This document shows positions 1-8,546 of a stretch of 64,000 bases of DNA, piece after piece. A program made the position numbers and the translations under genes. Source of the DNA: an uncultured Erysipelotrichaceae bacterium (GTDB lineage: Bacteria > Bacillota_I > Bacilli_A > RFN20 > CAG-826). Numbering within the stretch: the stretch's first letter is position 1; each line of letters opens with the position of its first letter. Location of the stretch: positions 3,659 to 67,658 of the forward strand of contig CADBXE010000004.1 in NCBI GenBank assembly GCA_902798595.1. The letters run 5' to 3'. The notes beneath the pieces were generated by a model that was not told the DNA's origin, ran no database searches, and saw nothing but the letters and a program-made list of their open reading frames with translations.

Positions 1-1
1 C

Positions 2-601
2 GTTATCGCTATCGATAGTGAAGAAGAGGCCGTTAAAAAGATTAGCTCATTACTTCCAACAGTCGCTGTTGCCAACAGTACTGATGAAGAAGCTTTGAAA
101 GAATTAGGTATTAAGGATGTTGACGCTGCTATCGTCGCGTTTGGTTCTCATATTGAAGCTAGCATCTTAACCACCGTTATTCTTAAAGAATTGGGTGTGA
201 AATCTATAATCGTCCGTGTTGATGATGCTTACTACATGCCAATTATGAAAAAGTTAGGTGCTACAGAAGTCATCATGCCTCAAAAGGCCGCTGGTGTTGC
301 CTTAGCGAACCGTTTAGGCAACGAAGACTTCAAAGACTTCTATAAACTCGATGATAAGTTTTCCGTCGTTTCTATCGTCGTTAACAGCGCTTATGTCCCA
401 GAACAATTAAAGGACTTAGCGACAAAAGACAAATACGGCGTTAACGTTGTTCTCATTATGCGTAATGGTCGTTCATTCGTTCCAGGTGGTAATGACTCCC
501 TCTTGCCAGATGACACTATCTTCGTTGTCGGTGGCACAAAGGATATCAGAAACTTCCGCGAAGCAATCAACGGCGTGAAAAAGAGAAAGAAAGCAGCATA
601 G
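2..601 (+). CDS. ktrA: K+ uptake regulatory subunit, KtrA/TrkA family (5' end lies outside the window)
   Basis: The frame is open from nt 2 (VIAIDSEEEAVKKISS...), so the TTG at 95 is internal. The C-terminal part looks like a TrkA-C/RCK_C domain (DDTIFVVGGTKDI). Confidence 0.75.
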   Translation, partial: VIAIDSEEEAVKKISSLLPTVAVANSTDEEALKELGIKDVDAAIVAFGSHIEASILTTVILKELGVKSIIVRVDDAYYMPIMKKLGATEVIMPQKAAGVALANRLGNEDFKDFYKLDDKFSVVSIVVNSAYVPEQLKDLATKDKYGVNVVLIMRNGRSFVPGGNDSLLPDDTIFVVGGTKDIRNFREAINGVKKRKKAA

Positions 602-603
602 AT

Positions 604-807
604 ATGGCTATCAAAGTAACAAAAGAAGCAACCAACGATAAATACGCAATGAAATGTGAATATTGTGGTTGTGAATTCGAGTATCAGCATGAAGACCTTG
701 GTTATCGTTTGTGGTATCGTCACGGATTCGTCTATTGCCCACACTGCAAGAGACCATTAAGACACAACGAAGAAAACAAGATCTCCTACGATTACACCGA
801 AAAGTAA
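604..807 (+). CDS. Small zinc-ribbon protein (CxxC...CxxC), unknown function
   Basis: 67-aa ORF starting 3 nt after the ktrA stop. It has CEYCGC and CPHC pairs and is followed by a terminator. Confidence 0.5.
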   Translation: MAIKVTKEATNDKYAMKCEYCGCEFEYQHEDLGYRLWYRHGFVYCPHCKRPLRHNEENKISYDYTEK

Positions 808-811
808 AAAT

Positions 812-842
812 AAAACCAGCCTCGTGAGAAGCTGGTTTTTTT
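812..842. terminator. Bidirectional intrinsic terminator between the zinc-ribbon ORF and nusG
   Basis: aaaaCCAGCctc-gtga-gaaGCTGGttttttt hairpin flanked by an A-run and a T-run, between convergent genes. Confidence 0.6.
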
Positions 843-860
843 GTTGCTTGTTATTAACAA

Positions 861-1469
861 CTAGATTTTATCAATTTCAGAGAAGTCGACTTCCACTCTT
901 GTGGATCTACCAAAGAAGATGGTTTCAAGTTCAACAACTTTGGTATCTCTATTGATAGAGAGGATACGACCTTCGGTGCCTTCTAATGGACCGTGGATGA
1001 CTTTAACGTAGTCATCAACACTGTAACGATCGAACATATCGGCATCGATTTCGCCCATTCTCTTAAGAACTGGTTCAATTTGTTCACGTGGAACTGGGAA
1101 TGGTTTTGTACCTTTACCAGAGGAACCGACGAAGCCGGTAACACCTGGAGTATTACGGACGACGTACCATGCGTAGTCTGTCATAATCATTTCGACGAAG
1201 ACATAACCTGGATAGAGGTTTTTCTTTCTTGTCTTATCGGTTGGCATGCCATCTTTCATAACTGGAACTTCTTGTTCCGCGACAATGATACGGAAAATCA
1301 AATCTCCTAAACCCATGGATTCAACACGGCGTTTGAGATTTTCTTTAACTTTGTTTTCGTGTGTGGAGTATGTATTAACAACGTACCAGGCTTTTTCACC
1401 TAAAGTAGCATTGCTATCACCTTCACTTAAATCAGTTGTACTATCTGTAAATTTAATTTCATCTGCCAT
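861..1469 (-). CDS. nusG: Transcription termination/antitermination factor NusG
   Basis: NGN plus KOW pattern (KAWYVVNTYSTHENKV..., GDYVKVIHGPLEGTEG). Classic secE-nusG context. Has an N-terminal extension of about 25 aa. Confidence 0.93.
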   Translation of the reverse strand: MADEIKFTDSTTDLSEGDSNATLGEKAWYVVNTYSTHENKVKENLKRRVESMGLGDLIFRIIVAEQEVPVMKDGMPTDKTRKKNLYPGYVFVEMIMTDYAWYVVRNTPGVTGFVGSSGKGTKPFPVPREQIEPVLKRMGEIDADMFDRYSVDDYVKVIHGPLEGTEGRILSINRDTKVVELETIFFGRSTRVEVDFSEIDKI

Positions 1470-1480
1470 AGTTACACCTC

Positions 1481-1672
1481 TTATTTATTGAATGTGCTCT
1501 TAAGCACGTCAATCAAACCTTTGCCTAAAGCATCTTCGCCCATTAAGATCAAACCGACGACAGCGGCGATAATAACGACGACCACAATTGCTGGCACTAA
1601 AACTTCTCTCTTAGGCCAACGAACACGTTTGCCTTCTTTAATTACATCTTGTGTAAACTTTTTCACACCCAT
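1481..1672 (-). CDS. secE: Preprotein translocase subunit SecE
   Basis: 63 aa with a single TM segment and the motif KEGKRVRWPKREV. Sits between rpmG and nusG. Confidence 0.85.
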   Translation of the reverse strand: MGVKKFTQDVIKEGKRVRWPKREVLVPAIVVVVIIAAVVGLILMGEDALGKGLIDVLKSTFNK

Positions 1673-1685
1673 GAAGAAGACCTCC

Positions 1686-1832
1686 TTATTTGCTAATCTT
1701 ATGAAGCGTCATCTTATTACAACGCTTACAATATTTTTTGATTTGAAGGTTTTTGGCACCTTCCTTTTTAATCGTGGTTGTATAGTTTCGGGAGAGGCAC
1801 TCTTCGCAAATCAAAAGAACTTTTTCTCTCAT
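1686..1832 (-). CDS. rpmG: 50S ribosomal protein L33 (48 aa, below the ORF-track cutoff)
   Basis: My own translation of the minus strand gives [48 protein letters not shown]. It has the CxxC...CxxC L33 pattern, a G-rich RBS upstream, and the rpmG-secE-nusG synteny. Confidence 0.85.
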   Translation of the reverse strand: MREKVLLICEECLSRNYTTTIKKEGAKNLQIKKYCKRCNKMTLHKISK

Positions 1833-1908
1833 CTCGAACCCCCCTATCACAATTAACTTTTAATAACTTATCACTCCTACTTATCATTGTAAAGAAATAT
1901 TTATCTCT

Positions 1909-2130
1909 TTACATCACAGAACTCGAAATACTTTGGATACTTGAGGTCGTGCTTGTGTCGACTTGAACTGGTCCTAAAATCATCACCACGATGAAGCAAG
2001 CAATGATTGCCACCATCAAAATACCCATAATGATTGCGATAAACCAAGGGAAGTGAATGGTTTCTCTTTTTTCATCAATTGGCGCAACTTCTGTTGGCTC
2101 TAAATCTTTTGTTTTTCTTTCTTCACTCAT
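1909..2130 (-). CDS. Small single-pass membrane protein, unknown function
   Basis: The start MSEERK overlaps the upstream stop as ATGA. One hydrophobic helix (FPWFIAIIMGILMVAIIACFIVVMIL). Confidence 0.45.
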   Translation of the reverse strand: MSEERKTKDLEPTEVAPIDEKRETIHFPWFIAIIMGILMVAIIACFIVVMILGPVQVDTSTTSSIQSISSSVM

Positions 2131-2909
2131 CTGTAAACCCCACAAAAATATTTCTTAGTGTATTTTTGGAAAATAGAAATGAACATAGTATCAAGCATGA
2201 CGTTAAAGAACATCACTAGAGCTTGGCACAAAATAATCGCCATGAAAGTGGCAGTGCCAAAAGATAATGCTTTCATCGTTGAGCCGAAAAGTACAAGAAT
2301 GAAGAAATCGCATATAAACGAAGCAAAGCAGATATGTAAAGGTGAGAAGACTGGATTCTCATCTTTGCCTTTGTATAAAACAGAAAAAATAACTAGACCA
2401 GCAAAAATCAATCCCGAAATAGAAGGAACTAAGATTTTAACAATGGTATCGATGTGATGAGTTGTATACATCACCGTAATCTCGTTATTCAAAACGACAA
2501 ATAATGAAACTGCGATCCAAATAAGGGAAAGAGAAATAATCTCCACACCAAGGATCAACTTGCGGTTTTTAATGGAAGTCACAAACGAGAAAACGAAATA
2601 TGATAAAAAGCCAAGCAATAGGTAAATCGCTGTGATTTGTGGATATAAAGGATAGGCCTTGATGTCGAAAGCGATGTAACCTAATAAATCGCTACCCGCG
2701 CCAACAAGAGTGCCATACACAGGTCCGAGTAAAATCGAGGCGAACATGATTAAGGCTGGTCCTCCAAAAGAAAGGCGGACGAAAGGGAAAGCGGCAATGT
2801 AATTAACCGCAATAACTTTTTGTAAAATCATTGACAGTGCAATGAATAAGCCTGTTAAACAAATCTTTTGAATAACAGGAATGTTGGTCTTGATAAATCT
2901 GAATTTCAT
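2127..2909 (-). CDS. ECF-transporter S component-like membrane protein (folate-family candidate, based on context)
   Basis: Polytopic protein. The N-terminal half resembles ECF S components (LSFGGPALIMFASILLGPVYG..GAGSDLLG). It lies directly downstream of folC. Confidence 0.5.
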   Translation of the reverse strand: MKFRFIKTNIPVIQKICLTGLFIALSMILQKVIAVNYIAAFPFVRLSFGGPALIMFASILLGPVYGTLVGAGSDLLGYIAFDIKAYPLYPQITAIYLLLGFLSYFVFSFVTSIKNRKLILGVEIISLSLIWIAVSLFVVLNNEITVMYTTHHIDTIVKILVPSISGLIFAGLVIFSVLYKGKDENPVFSPLHICFASFICDFFILVLFGSTMKALSFGTATFMAIILCQALVMFFNVMLDTMFISIFQKYTKKYFCGVYR

Positions 2910-2917
2910 ATTAACCT

Positions 2918-4138
2918 CTATTTATAATTATGTTTGATGTAAGCTGCGAACGCTAATGAGCCAGTAACTAAGATGCAATCATCTGGATAATTAGCAATCA
3001 TTTCTTTAAGAGCGGCTAGCGCATCTTCTTTGAACGAATGATCTTCCATGTAAAGGAAGTATTCGTCTTCTGTTCTTGCTCTTTCATGTGGGAAAGTGGT
3101 AAGAACAATGTCTTTACTATACTCGCCTAAATAAGCAATCATTCTTTCAATGTTTTTGTCTCTAAAACAGGCGAATAATACATGGATTTCACGATTTTGA
3201 GCCACGTTTTGCAGAGATTTTACTAAGTTATTGATTCCTTCTGGGTTATGTGAACCATCAACGATTAATAATGGCTTTTCACTGAGTATTTCCATTCTTA
3301 CTGGCATATATGTATTAGCTAAACCAGATTTAATTGATTGTTCACTAACAGGGAACTTTTCACTTAGTTTATTAACAACCTCTAATGCGATGCAAGCATC
3401 CTTAAGTGAGTATGTTGCCGCTGAATTAATTCTCAAATCTGATAACGTACCATAAGCGAAATTGAAGCCTTTGTTTTCATACACTACTTTTGCAGGGTCA
3501 ACTGCGACTGATAACTGGGCATTATTTTCCCTTGAAACTTCCACGATTGTGTTAATCGCTTCTTCGTCTAGAATGCCAGTTATGACTGGAACGTCTTGTT
3601 TAATAATACCCGCTTTTTGATAGGCAATTTCACAGATAGAACGACCTAAGAAAGCTGTGTGTTCAAGGCTGATAGAAGTAATCACCGATGCGATTGGAGT
3701 AAAAATATTTGTGGCATCGATTTCCCCACCCATACCACATTCGATAATTGCGATATCACATTTATTTCTTTGGAAATATGTCATCGCGATAAATGTTTGA
3801 ATTTCAAATGGTGATAAAGAGTATTTATCGATTTGTTTTGAGAATTCATTTATGATGCTAATCATTTCATCATCAGTGATGTCTTGACCGTTGATGCTAA
3901 TCATTTCATTAACTACTTGAAGAGCAGGAGAAGTAAATAGACCAACCTTATACCCTTGAGCGCGATAGATGTGCGCTAGATAATTCGCGGTTGTGCCTTT
4001 GCCATTACTACCAGCAATGTGGATGGAAGGGATACTGTATGAGAAATTAACCTTTGCTAAAAAGGAGTCAAAGTTATCTCTTTGATATTCTCCATGACCA
4101 ACTTTGTCGAAATATGTATTTAAATCAATTTTACTCAT
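2918..4138 (-). CDS. folC: Folylpolyglutamate synthase / dihydrofolate synthase
   Basis: Mur-ligase P-loop HIAGSNGKGTT. The start at 4138 (MSKIDL) has a GGAG RBS and avoids a 56-nt overlap with smpB. The longer ORF start is at 4195. Confidence 0.88.
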   Translation of the reverse strand: MSKIDLNTYFDKVGHGEYQRDNFDSFLAKVNFSYSIPSIHIAGSNGKGTTANYLAHIYRAQGYKVGLFTSPALQVVNEMISINGQDITDDEMISIINEFSKQIDKYSLSPFEIQTFIAMTYFQRNKCDIAIIECGMGGEIDATNIFTPIASVITSISLEHTAFLGRSICEIAYQKAGIIKQDVPVITGILDEEAINTIVEVSRENNAQLSVAVDPAKVVYENKGFNFAYGTLSDLRINSAATYSLKDACIALEVVNKLSEKFPVSEQSIKSGLANTYMPVRMEILSEKPLLIVDGSHNPEGINNLVKSLQNVAQNREIHVLFACFRDKNIERMIAYLGEYSKDIVLTTFPHERARTEDEYFLYMEDHSFKEDALAALKEMIANYPDDCILVTGSLAFAAYIKHNYK

Positions 4139-4139
4139 A

Positions 4140-4598
4140 CTAATCTTCTCCATTTCTAATGCTGCGTTTAATGTCTCTTTGTTTAATGGTTTCACGTTTG
4201 TCGTAAAGCTTTTTACCTTTCGCTAAAGCGATTTCAATCTTTGCTTTGCCTCTCTTCAAATAGACACGAGTTGGAACGATGGTATACCCATCGCGTTTAA
4301 GTTTGTCGTCAAACCATCTTATCTCTTTCTTATGCAATAAGAGTTTGCGTGCCCTTAACGGATCATGGTTGAAGATATTGCCTTTATCATAAGGATTGAT
4401 GTGCATATTAATGACTTCCATCTCCCCGTTTCTTATCACGATATACGCATCGTTAAGCGAACAGCCGTGTATACGCAAAGACTTGATTTCAGTACCCACC
4501 AAAACAAGACCACATTCAGTAAACTCACTTAAGAAGTAATTGAAGTGGGCTTTCTTGTTGCTGGTAATGATTTTGATACCTGTTTCTTCTTTACTCAT
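4140..4598 (-). CDS. smpB: SsrA-binding protein SmpB
   Basis: KIITSNKKAHFNYFL...GTEIKSLR motif. The ATG at 4598 has a GAGGTG RBS and overlaps the upstream stop (ATGAGTAA). Confidence 0.92.
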   Translation of the reverse strand: MSKEETGIKIITSNKKAHFNYFLSEFTECGLVLVGTEIKSLRIHGCSLNDAYIVIRNGEMEVINMHINPYDKGNIFNHDPLRARKLLLHKKEIRWFDDKLKRDGYTIVPTRVYLKRGKAKIEIALAKGKKLYDKRETIKQRDIKRSIRNGED

Positions 4599-6477
4599 AA
4601 GGCACCTCACGACTAATTGTTGTTAGTAATACTGTGAAGCGATTATTCGCTTCGTCTAAAACCGGACAATTGTCCTTCTTATAGAAGATTAAACTAGTCA
4701 GGCTATATATTGCAAACACATATAAGCAGAACATAATTCTCGCAAACAAGTCCAATTCAAAGAAAGCTTGGAAGATGACTTCTGAAATAACTGCTAGAGC
4801 AATGGTCATAGCGATAACGATTTTTCCATCAAAGATTGGTTTAAGCAACGCATATTTAAAAGCGTTTTTAACAGTTTGATTCTTGTTAGCCACTAAATAA
4901 AGTGGAGGAACGATAAGCCCCACTATCAAGAAACAAGCAACAGCAATACAAATAATCATTTCTGTGTTGTGCATAGGATTGGCTGCAGAATTCTTGCAAA
5001 GGAAAACACTAAGCATGGTGATAATTAAGCCAATGAGTATCGAATTAATAAAATAGCAAATATTAGTAGGAGTCACTCTGTTATGTACTATCTTTGTATA
5101 TTGCAAGTCTCTATTGAGCTCTTTTAAGTGATTGTATTTCGTTTCTTTAGCGACAGGAAGGAAGAATATCAATGTGATATACATACCACCGATATTTGGT
5201 GTGAAGAATGTTGTGGATTCAGCGATACTGTGTGCTAGTATTCCAACAAAACATAAAGAATAAAGATAAGCGACACGGTATTGCTTTATCTTAATTAATT
5301 TTGCTAAACCAAAGACAAATGTTGATAAAAGAGCGGCGTACATTAAGACACCCAGTAAACCATGTCTAAGGAATATCTCGATAACACCATTATGTGTGCT
5401 TCTAATAGCAAAATTAGCATCACGATATGTCATATAGTATGTTGTGAAAATTGCATTACCTGTTCGATAGCCAAGGCCAAAAATGAAGTCAATTGGGTTT
5501 TTGCTTAATAAGCCGAAAACCGATGCCCATATGCCAGTTCTTGATGTTAAAGTGCTGTAGTCTTTATGAATAATTTCACGATAAACGAACTGCCAGAAGT
5601 TAGCAAAAACATTAACGTTAACAATAACCATTAACGCAAAGACAGCAGCAAAAATGATAAGACCGCCGATATACGCAAATAAGTATGTGACCAATTTTTT
5701 ACGTTGCTTATAGAACATGGCAACGATTTCAAAGATTGTATAAGCAATAGTAATTGCTAACGAAACAAATGTCGCTGTTGCGCATGAAGTAAAGACTATC
5801 ATTACCACAAAGAACATCATTGGGATGTAGTAGTAAATTTTAAAGCGTTTTAAGCATAAGACAACACAACTGAAAACACCGATTAGAAGGAGATGTCCCC
5901 AAACATTGGAGTTATAAATTACAAATTGAACATCACCGAGGTAGTTACCATTAAAGATGCCCGCAATTTTATCAGCTTCCATGAAGACATCCACAAGTGC
6001 GCAGATAAATAGACCAACGATATAAATAAAAGCTAGCCATTTAAGCCATCTTCTAGAAATGGAATAACGAGTTATTGCGTACAAAACACCATATAATACT
6101 GCACACCAGATTATTACTTGGAGCACATAGGCAAACTTTTCTTCTGATGAAAAAGAAATAGAGTTGGTTGCACCATTAAGACCATCAGAAAAAGTTCTTG
6201 CTGGTTGAAGGACAATTGTGAGAACAGAAATAAGTCCAAATGTTGCGATTGTGCATAGAAGGATGGTGTCGATTTTAATCTTATTGTGCTTACGTTCAAG
6301 AATGTAATAGAAAACAAGGAGCAAGATAATGAAAAACGAGAGCATAAAAAGAGAGCCCATTTGCATTCCGCCCATATGATCGACAGTTAATAAGGAAAAA
6401 TTCTCCGCGAGCAAACACGAAAAAGCGATTATAATCCAAAACAGTAAATATGTTAGAGTAAATCTTAATTTTCCCAT
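4591..6477 (-). CDS. Large polytopic membrane protein, O-antigen ligase/Wzy_C-like
   Basis: 628 aa with more than 12 predicted TM helices. Contains a loop region RTGIWASVFGLL...GLGYRTGN...HNGVIEIFLRHGLLG typical of the O-antigen-ligase family. Confidence 0.55.
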   Translation of the reverse strand: MGKLRFTLTYLLFWIIIAFSCLLAENFSLLTVDHMGGMQMGSLFMLSFFIILLLVFYYILERKHNKIKIDTILLCTIATFGLISVLTIVLQPARTFSDGLNGATNSISFSSEEKFAYVLQVIIWCAVLYGVLYAITRYSISRRWLKWLAFIYIVGLFICALVDVFMEADKIAGIFNGNYLGDVQFVIYNSNVWGHLLLIGVFSCVVLCLKRFKIYYYIPMMFFVVMIVFTSCATATFVSLAITIAYTIFEIVAMFYKQRKKLVTYLFAYIGGLIIFAAVFALMVIVNVNVFANFWQFVYREIIHKDYSTLTSRTGIWASVFGLLSKNPIDFIFGLGYRTGNAIFTTYYMTYRDANFAIRSTHNGVIEIFLRHGLLGVLMYAALLSTFVFGLAKLIKIKQYRVAYLYSLCFVGILAHSIAESTTFFTPNIGGMYITLIFFLPVAKETKYNHLKELNRDLQYTKIVHNRVTPTNICYFINSILIGLIITMLSVFLCKNSAANPMHNTEMIICIAVACFLIVGLIVPPLYLVANKNQTVKNAFKYALLKPIFDGKIVIAMTIALAVISEVIFQAFFELDLFARIMFCLYVFAIYSLTSLIFYKKDNCPVLDEANNRFTVLLTTISREVPYE

Positions 6478-6615
6478 ATAGATATTAAATAACAGTCAAG
6501 CACTGTCCCACGTGTATTATACACGTTAGACAGGACTTTGCACATATTTCTTTGCATATAGGCATAATTAATTATTACGTTATACAAATCAAAACAATCT
6601 TGCTATCATAGTGGC

Positions 6616-7344
6616 ATGGAAAACAAATACGAAACTTTACAAAAAATCATTGATGAGGCAAGGCAGATTGTTGTCTTTACAGGCGCTGGAATCTCAGTTC
6701 CAAGTGGTATTCCTGATTTCAGAAGCGCTAACGGCATCTATAATCAAAAAACTAAGTTCCAAGCTTCACCAGAAGAAATCATTTCTCATTCATTTTTCAA
6801 AAGCTTTACAGAAGAGTTCTATGAATTCTACAAGGATAAGATGTGCTATCCAAACGCACAACCAAATGCAGCTCATAAATACTTTGCTGATTTAGAAAAG
6901 AAGGGTAAAAACGTTATTGTTGTTACTCAAAATATTGACGGCCTTCATCAAAAGGCTGGTTCAAAGATTGTTTATGAACTTCATGGCACAATCCATCAAA
7001 ACTTTTGTACAAAATGTAGCAGATTATTTGGCTTAGATTATGTTTTAAATTCTAAAGGAGTTCCTGTGTGCGATAAGTGCGGAGGAATTGTTAAACCAAA
7101 TGTTGTTTTATATGAAGAATCCTTAGATGAAGATATTATCTCTAGATCCATTAATGCAATCATGACTTGCGATGTGATGATTGTGATTGGAACATCGTTA
7201 AAAGTTTATCCAGCTGCGGGCTTTATCCGTTATTTCAAAGGCCGCTATTTAGTGGTTATCAATAAAGAATCTACTTCCTACGATAACATGTGCGATTTAG
7301 TCTTTAATGAAGATGTTATTAATGTCGTTAAACACCTCAAATAA
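6616..7344 (+). CDS. cobB: NAD-dependent protein deacylase (Sir2 family)
   Basis: GAGISVPSGIPDFRS motif, Zn-binding CTKC...CDKC, and QNIDGLH. Confidence 0.9.
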   Translation: MENKYETLQKIIDEARQIVVFTGAGISVPSGIPDFRSANGIYNQKTKFQASPEEIISHSFFKSFTEEFYEFYKDKMCYPNAQPNAAHKYFADLEKKGKNVIVVTQNIDGLHQKAGSKIVYELHGTIHQNFCTKCSRLFGLDYVLNSKGVPVCDKCGGIVKPNVVLYEESLDEDIISRSINAIMTCDVMIVIGTSLKVYPAAGFIRYFKGRYLVVINKESTSYDNMCDLVFNEDVINVVKHLK

Positions 7345-8000
7345 TGAAAACTGTTATTTTTGACCTTGATGGTACTATCCTTGACACACTCCAAGATTTG
7401 AAAAACGCTGTAAATCACGGCTTAAATTTTTATAATTTGCCTAAAAAAGACCTAGAGTTTGTTAGAAAAGCGATTGGAAATGGCACAACCGTGTTAATTC
7501 AAAGATGTACCCCATCTTCCTTATCTTGTGAGGAACGTAATGCGGTTTTTAATGTGTTTAAAACATACTATTTAGAACATTATGCAGATTACACAAAACC
7601 ATATCCTGGTATTAAAGAGTTGTTGGAGAAATTATACGGCAAAGTACACCTAGCAGTGGTCTCTAATAAGGATAATGATTTAACCAATAAGATTATTAGA
7701 AAAGAGTTTGGTAATCTCTTCGACATTGTTCAGGGTTCATATCTTGATCACCCTAAGAAACCAGACCCATATCTTATTAATAAAATAATTAAGGAAAATA
7801 ATATAAATAAAGAGGATTGCCTCTATGTTGGCGACACTAATGTGGATAAAGAAAGCGCTACTAACGCTTCTTTATCATACCTATTAGTCAACTATGGTTA
7901 TAGAACCAAAGAAGAGCTAGAAAAAATGTGCCCAGAGGACACTACCATTTCTACCGTTGATGAGTTATATAATGCAATATTAAGGTGGGTTAACTTATAA
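7344..8000 (+). CDS. HAD-superfamily hydrolase (phosphoglycolate phosphatase/PpaX-like)
   Basis: DLDGTILDT motif I, SNK motif, and GDTNVD motif. Coupled to cobB by a TAATG overlap. Confidence 0.8.
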   Translation: MKTVIFDLDGTILDTLQDLKNAVNHGLNFYNLPKKDLEFVRKAIGNGTTVLIQRCTPSSLSCEERNAVFNVFKTYYLEHYADYTKPYPGIKELLEKLYGKVHLAVVSNKDNDLTNKIIRKEFGNLFDIVQGSYLDHPKKPDPYLINKIIKENNINKEDCLYVGDTNVDKESATNASLSYLLVNYGYRTKEELEKMCPEDTTISTVDELYNAILRWVNL

Positions 8001-8498
8001 AGACGCTATTCTTTGTTCAACAAAGTTAGCAATTGCTTCCCTTGGTTGGTTATAAGTAATAGTCAATTCATCAAGCAACATGTTGGTTGCGTAATTAAGA
8101 ATATCCAAATCAACTGGCCCAAGTTTAATCTCGGTATTTTGTTCACCGCCAATTTGATTATAAAAATACAACTGACGATATAAATAGGCTATATCTTTCA
8201 CGTTGCCAGAAGATAGTCTCTTCTTATAAGCATCTCTTCTTTGTTTGGTATTGGTGTTAAATTCTTTTCCTATTTTTTTAATATAGTCTAAAAGTTCATC
8301 CGCTTGTTTAATGGACATAATCTTACGGATAATGCTTCCAGCGGAATCTACAGGCACGTAAAAAGTTTCACTACTAATGCGATTCACTTGCACTAGAAAA
8401 TAATCTTTGCCGTTCATTGTTTTGATGTCGATAATAGTCGACAAACCTTCGCGACAATGAATCACTTCATCGTTTACATTAAAACCTGACATATACAT
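7995..8498 (-). CDS. CarD/CdnL-family transcription regulator-like protein
   Basis: N-terminal CarD_CdnL_TRCF-like Tudor region (FNVNDEVIHCREGLSTIIDI...DYFLV) followed by a helical C-terminal part. Confidence 0.65.
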   Translation of the reverse strand: MYMSGFNVNDEVIHCREGLSTIIDIKTMNGKDYFLVQVNRISSETFYVPVDSAGSIIRKIMSIKQADELLDYIKKIGKEFNTNTKQRRDAYKKRLSSGNVKDIAYLYRQLYFYNQIGGEQNTEIKLGPVDLDILNYATNMLLDELTITYNQPREAIANFVEQRIASL

Positions 8499-8546
8499 TT
8501 ATATTATGTCATTTTTTGAAATTTTATGTAAGCGAAAGGCTCAAAA

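Noticed and set aside
391-1491. Track ORFs 391-744(-), 993-1310(+) and 1246-1491(+), which are antisense or out of frame relative to ktrA, the zinc-ribbon ORF and nusG.
   Set aside because: They fully overlap well-supported genes. The translations are low-complexity, have no RBS and have no recognisable motifs.
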